52,510 nt of DNA from contig NW_008246073.1 of the NCBI RefSeq assembly GCF_000281045.1, positions 132,366 through 184,875 of the forward strand, read 5' to 3'. This document shows positions 45,312 to 52,510 of the stretch, piece by piece (the stretch's first letter is position 1; each line of letters opens with the position of its first letter). The DNA comes from Saprolegnia diclina VS20. Lineage: Eukaryota. The position numbers and the translations under genes are program-made. The notes under the pieces are model-generated. The model worked only from the letters and a program-made list of their open reading frames with translations, was not told the origin of the DNA and did not search any database.

Positions 45312-46986
45312 TTATTCCTCGGTGTCGGCCTTCTTGGGCTCCTTCACAATGTCCAAGAACGAGCGCGCACCCCAGGCCCCCGTGGGCGCAACGACGGGCA
45401 CTTCCTTCACTTCCTTCTTCGCCTCGACGACGACGGCCGGCGCCGCCTTCTTGACCGGCGCCGCCTTCTTGGGCGACTCGACCTCCTTCTTCTTCGGGGC
45501 CTCTTCCTTCTTGGCAGCGGCCGCCGCCGCACCGTTGATCAAGGCAGCCGCGTACCCGCTCGCGGGCTTCTCGGCGACCGCCGCCACGATCGGCTTGCCC
45601 TCCTCGACGGCCTTCTCCTGGGCCTGCTGGCGGAGCTCGCGCGCCACCTTGGTGTACTCTTCGCCGTACATCATCGACTCGTAGTCGACCGAGCCGACCG
45701 AGTCGGACCGGATCGGGCGGCCCTGGCGGAGCGCCTCGCGCGCCTGCTCGATCGAGTACGTGCGCTGGTTGCGGAGGAGGTCCGGGTGGGCGTCCGGCGT
45801 GAGCGCGGCGGCGTGGGCTTCGAAATCCATCTTGCCGGCCGGAAGCACGCAGTCGGTCTCGTCCATGTTCTTGACAATCTCCATAATGTCTTCGTGCGAG
45901 TACGCCTGCGTGATGGCAGCGCCGCCAACGTTGGTCGGGAGCGGCGGGAAGTTGACCGCGTTCAAGATCGGCTGGCGCTCCGACTTGGGCTTGGCCGACG
46001 ACTCCTTCTTGGGCGTCGTGGCCGGCGTCGCAGCCTTCTTGGTGTCCTTGGCCTTCTTGGCGCTCGGGGTCGAGCCCTTCTTGCCGTCCTTGGACGGCGT
46101 GCGCGCCGGCGCGCCGTTGGCCGCGCGGAAGTTGTTGCCTTGGCCCTTGCGCGGGCGGCCGTCCTTGCCAGCGTAGCCGTAGCTGTTGGGCGCGCCATAG
46201 TAACCAGCGTTGCCATACATGCCAACCGAGTACGCCGACGTCGTGACCGGCGAGGCAGCCGCGTCCACCGACGGCGTCGACTGCGGGAAGAACGACTTGA
46301 AGAGGTTCTCCGACTTGAGGCGGGCCTTGATCGGCGCGTTGTTGAACGTCTTGTTGCGGAGCGCAAGGAGCGTGTTGACAGCCTCCTCTTCCGTGGCCAT
46401 CGTGACAAACCTACCGCTCCATTCAGCCAGCGCCACCAAGGATCGAAGTGGTTACCAAGTGTCGCCAACGTCGCTACGGACGCTCGTGACCGCGCCGCAG
46501 CCGGCAAAGATGGCCTCGACCTCGGCCGGCGCGGTCGCCGACGGGATCTCACGCAGGATGATCGTGTTGCGCTCCGACTTGATGTTGGGCTTGATCGCGT
46601 TCTTCTCATCGTTCAAGACAACAATCTACCGCGCCGTGTCAGCGGTAGGCCAAAGGCCAAGTATGGCACACCTGCGAGTCCTTGATGGCGTCAATGAGGA
46701 GCGCCGCGTCGTCGCTGAGGGCCTTGATCTTGGCAAAGCCAAGGATCGTGTCAATAGGCACAAACCTAGCCACAGTTGGCGTCCATGCACGTGGCGGCCG
46801 ACGAGCTTACATTTGCGCGTTCATCTGCGACACCAAGTACGAGTCGGTCGCGAGGTTGGCCTTGGAGAAGTAGAATTCGACTTGGCTCTTCAGCGCGTCC
46901 TTCAAGGCGGCGCCCACTAGACGACCGCATGAGCGTGCTTGGCGACAGAAGCTCGTACCGAGTTGCGGTTCTTGCGTGGCACTCAT
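45312..46986 (-). CDS. La-related RNA-binding protein, LARP4-like (La motif plus RRM)
   Basis: LKSQVEFYFSKANLATDSYLVSQM (La motif); RNTIILREIP...DTW/FVTM...PIKARLKS (LARP4-type RRM); downstream NFPPL motif. Confidence 0.88.
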
Positions 46987-48139
46987 GGCACTTGGTCTCG
47001 GCAAAGGTCCCAGCAAAATAGGAATGGAAAGTTTCCGGATACTGGCCATGCCATTGCGCTCGCCAGCCAGTAATTCGGCGCGGGGCATCATATTATTATA
47101 CATGCAAAAAGGCCAATCCACTTCGTTTTTGTATGTGAGCGGTATTAAAATGTGATGGCATACCATCCGAACGGCCAATAAAAGCGACTGCCCAACCAGA
47201 ACGCACGAGGCAGAACCAACCAAATCCTTGTTGAAGTTTTACCAGCACTGTCTCAGCGCCCACACCGCCGCCGCCGAGAGCGTCTTCCAGGAGCCCGTGG
47301 CTGCTCGCGACGTCGCGAGTAGGCCAAGCCCACGCCTATCGAGCTTGTCGCGCGAAAAAGGACGAAACGCGAGAGCGATTCGCTTCGAAATCACCAAGTT
47401 GCAACGTTGCGAGAGGCAGCCGCTCTATCGCCCGACCACATAGAGGAGGTGGGCGCTGGCCAGGATCCAAGGCACGAGTAAGGTGTCGATGAGCGTCTCG
47501 GACCAAATGTTGGCTGCCTCAAACGGCTCCTCGAACAGCACCGAACACAGCTTTGGATGTGGATGCTTTCGTGGTGGCCTGATACAGTGTATTTTGCAGT
47601 GCAAGCATGCAGCATCAACCCCAGCGTTGGATTTGGACAAGTTGGCTGCCATTTCTACTCACCGCTCGTACAATGCTGTGGGAGTATGAAATGTCGTTGG
47701 CACGACGTTGGGAAGTGATGCAGGCGAGGAGCCAGAATGTAAGATGCTGCCAGAGTTTGATTCATACCAGAGTTTGGATGCTGGCACCTGCGTCATCATT
47801 CAGAGTTGGTTGGCCGCATGGACCACGCTTCTTATCACGATACGCTGCGGTCTCGGTAGCAGACCCATCCCATGCATCGCTAGTTGCAGGAAATATAAAA
47901 GCAGCAAGCATGTACCCAACCGTTGATTCGCACCGACAGGCCAAAGCCAGCGCGCCGGTGCGATTCACATAATTGAGACGATCCTGAGATATCTGTCCGT
48001 AGTTGAGACGCTTTAGAAACTATCAGTCCTGATTGACACCTGCGCTGGTACACGCCATGTGATTGGCGCGCGGAGAGCTGGTATCCGGACAAGAGTGCAG
48101 GTTTTACGGATTTGACCACCAAGTTCTCGAAGCCCACCG

Positions 48140-49012
48140 ATGTTCCTGCGGTCGTCGAGCGCAATCCTTGGCGCCGGTCGCCGCCGCGGCGCCTCGGCGC
48201 GTGTCTTCTTCTCGTCGTCGACGCCACCTACGATGTTCCAGCACGACGACGAGAAGGGTAGTGGCGGCTTTCCAGGCGTGTTTCCCGCAGCAAAGAAGTC
48301 GCTGCTCCAGGACATTGTCGACCGCCTCAACCACTCGATGGAGCACCACCCGCAGACCACGATGGCCTTTGTCATCTCGGCCGACATGGCCAGCATCTTT
48401 GGCACCTATGGCTTGCTCCAGCTCTCGGGTACTCTCTCATTCGCCTCGACACGCGTTCGATTGAGCTTTAGGCGTGGTCATTTCGCCCGAGTTTGCACTT
48501 GCATTTGCAGCCAGCCGTCCACTGCGCCGCCTGCGCATGCCATTCGACCTCGCCATGGCCGCCATGCTCGCTAAGATCTTCCCGCCCCTCTCGCGCGTCC
48601 GCGTCTCGAGCATGTTTCCCACGTGCGACCGCCTTTCCCGTGGCTTCCAGTGTGTCTGAATGTCGTGTGTCCTAGTGTGCCAGGCGACCAGTCGTCGCTG
48701 CTGCATAAAGGCATGTCGACGATGACCGACATTATGGACAAGTACGGCGCGTGCTACATGATTGGATCCCGCCTCGCTGGTCTCACGGTCGTCAACTCGC
48801 TCTACTTTGCGCTCATCCAGGGCGTCGACATTCTGCCCTACTTGGAGCAGTTTGGCTTTGGCGAGCTCGGCTCGGCCATGGGCACGTGGGCCGCCAGCGT
48901 CGTCATGGCCTCGGTCTTCTACCCAGTCACGCTCAGCGTCACGGGCTACGTGGTACCAACGATTGCGCGGTCGGTCGCGCGCGCCAAGGCCAGTGCGATG
49001 AAGAAAAAGTAA
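48140..49012 (+). CDS. Putative mitochondrial membrane protein, FAM210/DUF1279-like (apparently two tandem units)
   Basis: Arg/Ser-rich N-terminus MFLRSSSAILGAGRRR. EFALAFAASRPLRRLRMPFDL and MDKYG...YFALIQGVDI...GTWAASVV...YPVTL resemble DUF1279; two introns. Confidence 0.55.
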
Positions 49013-49108
49013 ACAAAATGTTCTCAAGGTATTGGCATAAGAGTCTCTCATCTATCCGAATCAACGCTTCTAGTTCGTACGCGTAATAGAGAGTCGTTGT
49101 TTAGTCGT

Positions 49109-50938
49109 TTACAGCTTTTGCACGAGGGTGAGACCATCGTACATGGGAAGAACGACGCTGCGCGTCCGCTCGTCGTTCGCCACGTACTTGTTGAACGCCA
49201 GAAGCTGCGACGCCGTCTTCTCGGTGGGTTGGCCGCGGCCGAACGCGTGCTCGACGACCTGGCCCCGAAAGAGCGTGTTGTCAAACACGATCCAGCTCTT
49301 CGGGGCGAGAAGGCGGTCGGAGGCCACGAGCGCTTCGTAGACTGCCACGTAATCCTTCTTGCTTCCGTCGATAAAGGCAAAGTCGAATGTCTCGGTGGTC
49401 GTGGCGAGCAGGTCGAGGCCCGGCTGCGCTTGCACCGTCACGTTCGAAATCGATGCCGTCGCCAGCTGTGCGCGCGTCCACGCAATCGCCTTGGGGTCAA
49501 TGTCGCACGTCGTGACGTGGCCATGCGGCAGCGCGAGCGCCATGGCGACGGCCGAGTAGCCAGTAAAGCAGCCGACTTCCAGTACGTTGGACGCACTGAG
49601 CGCCTGGACGAGGAACTGGAGGGCCTTGGCTTGGCCCGGCGAGATCATCTTCTGCATGAGGGCGTCGCTAAAGTCATGGCTAATCGCATCGCGCCATGCA
49701 GACAGCTGCAATGTCGACGCGGGAATGCGACTCACATCGTGGACGTAGTCGTTGAGCTCGGGGCTCACGGTGCCTTCCGAGATGTGGTACGTCGAGTACG
49801 CCCGGGCGTGGAACGGGTTGCCGGGACGCACTCGGGCGTTCGGCACCAAGTGGTGCTGGAATCGGTGCGAGTTCGCCTTTGCAAAGGCCTTGCGCGCGTC
49901 AAGGGCCATGGCGTCCATCTCGTGCTTGATGCGTTGGCACTCGGCACTGCACGCGCCGTCAAATGCTGCGTGGCAGGCGTCGCACTGGAGCACGAGACCA
50001 TGGCAAAGCGTGTTGGCGCAGTTGACGTGCGTGTTGGTCGGAGCTCGGCACTGGTAGCACTGCCCGAGCACATCCTCAGACAAAGCTTGGTCGTCGTTCG
50101 AGAGGCGCTGGTCAAACACAAAGTTGCGCCCGAGAAACTTGGAAGGAACGTTTTGCTCGCGGACAAACTTGCCGTAGTGGACAATACCACCTTGCAGTCG
50201 CTTGACGTTCGTGTACCCGTTCGTCTTGAGGTACGCGCCGACCTTTTCGCAGCGGATGCCGCCGGTGCAGTAGATCATGCACTCGGTGTCCTTGGGCGAC
50301 CCGTCGAGCAGCGCATCGAGCGACGCCCACGTGTCCTTGAACGTGTCGACCATGATGCGCTCGGCGCCTTCGAACCGACCGACGTCGTGCTCGTAGTAGT
50401 TGCGGCAGTCGAAAATGCGCTTGGGCGTCGGCGACGACAGCGTCGAATGCCACTCGGCCGGCGACAGCTCGACGCCGCGGTCGTCCATCGGCAGAGTCTT
50501 GTCGAGGCCGTCGTGGGCCAAGTGCGGGCGCACACGGATGTGAAGCGTGTGGAACGGGCACTTTCCTTCGGGCGTCGCGTCGTTGTGGTCGAGCACCGCG
50601 CCGAGGTTAAGGAGTGCGTCGTCGAGCCACTCGAGGTTGTCGAGGTACGCCTTGAAGTCGTCGAGGCGCGTCATCGGGACTGTGATCTGAGCGTTGATGC
50701 CTTCTTCGGCGATGTACACGCGGCCCATGACGCCAAAGCTTTGCCAGTCGGTTAGGAGCTGGTGGCGCAGCTTGGGCAGACCATTGGCCTCGAGCTTCGT
50801 GTACTGGTAGAAGGAAATGTACTGGAGTAGACCGAGGTTCTGCGGTCGGTACGGCGCCCGGCGTGAGAAGCTCTGGTGCCACAGGCTCGACGACCGGCGC
50901 AGACTCGGCGCAGTGGCATGGCGGCGAAGACCCCACAT
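49109..50938 (-). CDS. Fusion protein: TrhO/YceA (UPF0176, TSTD2-like) rhodanese-family tRNA U34 hydroxylase plus C-terminal class I O-methyltransferase (Methyltransf_3; CCoAOMT/TrmR-like); intronless
   Basis: GRVYIAEEGINAQ, DCRNYYEHDVGRFEGA, YCTGGIRCEK, LQGGIVHY, FLGRNFVFDQRL, CYQC..HVNCANTLC..QCDAC..CSAEC; then in the same frame VLEVGCFTGYSA, FDFAFIDGSK, VFDNTLFRGQV, LPMYDGLTL. Confidence 0.92.
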   Translation of the reverse strand: MWGLRRHATAPSLRRSSSLWHQSFSRRAPYRPQNLGLLQYISFYQYTKLEANGLPKLRHQLLTDWQSFGVMGRVYIAEEGINAQITVPMTRLDDFKAYLDNLEWLDDALLNLGAVLDHNDATPEGKCPFHTLHIRVRPHLAHDGLDKTLPMDDRGVELSPAEWHSTLSSPTPKRIFDCRNYYEHDVGRFEGAERIMVDTFKDTWASLDALLDGSPKDTECMIYCTGGIRCEKVGAYLKTNGYTNVKRLQGGIVHYGKFVREQNVPSKFLGRNFVFDQRLSNDDQALSEDVLGQCYQCRAPTNTHVNCANTLCHGLVLQCDACHAAFDGACSAECQRIKHEMDAMALDARKAFAKANSHRFQHHLVPNARVRPGNPFHARAYSTYHISEGTVSPELNDYVHDVSRIPASTLQLSAWRDAISHDFSDALMQKMISPGQAKALQFLVQALSASNVLEVGCFTGYSAVAMALALPHGHVTTCDIDPKAIAWTRAQLATASISNVTVQAQPGLDLLATTTETFDFAFIDGSKKDYVAVYEALVASDRLLAPKSWIVFDNTLFRGQVVEHAFGRGQPTEKTASQLLAFNKYVANDERTRSVVLPMYDGLTLVQKL

Positions 50939-51342
50939 GATGACGACGGTTCGAGCTTTCGGTCAAATTCTGTTTGTGTCAAGATACACTGCATTAAAAA
51001 AGCACAAGGTGCGTTGACTAATTGCACACACTTTTGGGGCTCACCTCGCCGATCTATGCTGGTTTAGCTCGACGCACTTTTAGATTTCTCACTCAAGTCG
51101 GAGCATACCGAAGGGCCCTTCGCATGCGTACGTAGCCTTTACTGCTGGTCGTTGCTTACGCGCCGCCTGCTGCCTCGCGTTGCCCATCATATTGCTGCTC
51201 CTCGTGTCCTTCAAGTTGCGTTCAAATAGATGCTTGCGTATCCGAGTCAACTTTACGCAAAAAATGAAATAAAATTCTCTGGCCTTTCTATCTTGGCCAT
51301 TCAAATCGGACCAAACAGAAGCTTGCGTGTTTCTCTGCCGCC

Positions 51343-52122
51343 ATGCTCCGGCTGCTGCGCCGACGACCGGCGTCGGTTGGGCGCCGCAGCTACTACACCC
51401 TGCCGCCAATGCATCAAGAATGGATATCCGGGCACACGGAGCGCGCGGCGATCGACTGCCCGCACCTGGCGCACATCCAGATGCAGCTCATCACACCCAA
51501 ATGTGCGCTCTGGACAGCGTCGAGCGAGGTGGCCGCCACGTACCCGTTCCCAGACCCGTTCTGGGCCTTTTGCTGGCCGGGTAGCTACGGTATCTGCCGG
51601 TACCTGCTTGACGCACCGGCGGTCGTCGCCGGAAAGACGGTGCTCGACTTTGGCGCGGGCTGCGGCATTGGCTCGATTGTAAGCCTCGACCAAGGCGCGT
51701 CACAGGCCATCGTCAACGACATTGACGAATGGTCGTGCTCGGCGACGCACATGAATTTGATCCAGCATTACGCAGCTGACCGGATGCCGCAGGTTTCCAT
51801 GGAGCCGCGGGACTTGGTCGGCACGCCGCTGTCCGACCTCCTGCGCCAGTATAAGATCGCGGATGCCTCCCAGCTCGTCGTGCTCGCCGGCGATGTGTGC
51901 TACGAAGAAGGCTTGGCGCGCCGCGTCATCGACTGGCTGCATGGTCTCGCTTCTGCAAACGCCACGGTGCTGGTGGGGGACCCCGGACGGCAGTTTCTGC
52001 CGCACCAGCGCCTCGCGCGCGTCGCCACGTACAAGCTGCCACCGAGCCTTGCCAAAGACAACTACGGTCATGACGGCGCCGTCGTCTGGACGATGGATGC
52101 TTCATTCTCATCGAGTCCATAA
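51343..52122 (+). CDS. ETF-beta lysine methyltransferase-like (METTL20/ETFBKMT family), intronless, probable mitochondrial presequence
   Basis: DPFWAFCWPGSYGICRYLLD, GKTVLDFGAGCG (motif I), NDID, LAGDVCYE, LVGDPGR; N-terminus MLRLLRRRPASVGRRSY. Confidence 0.85.
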   Translation: MLRLLRRRPASVGRRSYYTLPPMHQEWISGHTERAAIDCPHLAHIQMQLITPKCALWTASSEVAATYPFPDPFWAFCWPGSYGICRYLLDAPAVVAGKTVLDFGAGCGIGSIVSLDQGASQAIVNDIDEWSCSATHMNLIQHYAADRMPQVSMEPRDLVGTPLSDLLRQYKIADASQLVVLAGDVCYEEGLARRVIDWLHGLASANATVLVGDPGRQFLPHQRLARVATYKLPPSLAKDNYGHDGAVVWTMDASFSSSP

Positions 52123-52386
52123 CCTTGTCGGACGTAGATTCAGGCTCTGCCCAATGTGATGTGTTTTCTGTTTCTCCTTGGAGCTTCGTCGAGTTGTTTC
52201 ACCTTCGCTCGACTTAATGCTTCCTACTATTTCCGCACACTCAAATCGTTGCTCGGTTCGAACAGAGTGCTAAACAAGCGGCTGGCTTCCTTCTAATGTT
52301 CACTGAGCATCCTGCGTCCTCAAGGATCGCTTACTCGCAGCATGCCTCGTCAACACAAGTGACAAGCGCCTAGCCTGCTTGACGGC

Positions 52387-52509
52387 TCACGGAGTCGGAC
52401 CTCCTCGTATCGAACTACCGAGGAAGTCGAAGGCCACGAAGTCGTCGAAAGAGACGTCGCGCGTGGGTGCGCCGTCGCGAGGATGCTTCCACTTGTTGGC
52501 TTGCTCTTG
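52387..52509 (-). CDS. Possible 3' end of a gene extending beyond the window
   Basis: Open frame QEQANKWKHPRDGAPTRDVSFDDFVAFDFLGSSIRGGPTP* with coding-like codon usage; too short to identify. Confidence 0.35.
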   Translation of the reverse strand, partial: QEQANKWKHPRDGAPTRDVSFDDFVAFDFLGSSIRGGPTP

Positions 52510-52510
52510 C

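Noticed and set aside
49097..50755. 552-aa ORF antisense to the TrhO-methyltransferase gene (similarly 15161-16555, 17261-18820, 24194-25621 and 25676-27577 antisense to HYDIN)
   Set aside because: Shadow frames expected from GC-rich codon usage; no recognisable motifs, and they mirror genuine genes.

Overview
Gene-dense, GC-rich eukaryotic DNA with many short (~40-60 nt) GT-AG introns. The composition, intron style and gene content (intact HYDIN, papain with a Cys-rich tail) suggest a flagellated oomycete such as Saprolegnia; this is inference. About 24 protein-coding genes were reconstructed by hand across introns. In order: papain protease 3' end, unknown membrane protein, CAP-Gly protein, PME-1, Pro-rich Tudor-like protein, STN1, RecQ helicase, SLC37 transporter, HYDIN, C1orf131/DUF4602-like, small coiled-coil protein, TRF4/PAPD5, ALG10, TruA/PUSL1, cullin (CUL2-like), DGAT2, YIF1, Arc1p/AIMP1-like, DUF3228, LARP4-like, FAM210-like, a TrhO-rhodanese/O-methyltransferase fusion, ETFBKMT-like, and a possible 3' gene fragment. 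Three observations stand out. (1) An intronless, apparently mitochondrion-targeted fusion joins a TrhO-type U34 hydroxylase to a TrmR/CCoAOMT-type O-methyltransferase, a candidate one-polypeptide 5-methoxyuridine pathway in a eukaryote. (2) A structured non-coding element at ~38.2-38.4 kb has a tRNA-like 3' half, a perfect 16-bp hairpin and a telomere-template-like CCCTAACCCTAG. (3) The same CCCTA.CCTAGT motif recurs in all three long convergent intergenic gaps. No searches were run; exon boundaries are manual.
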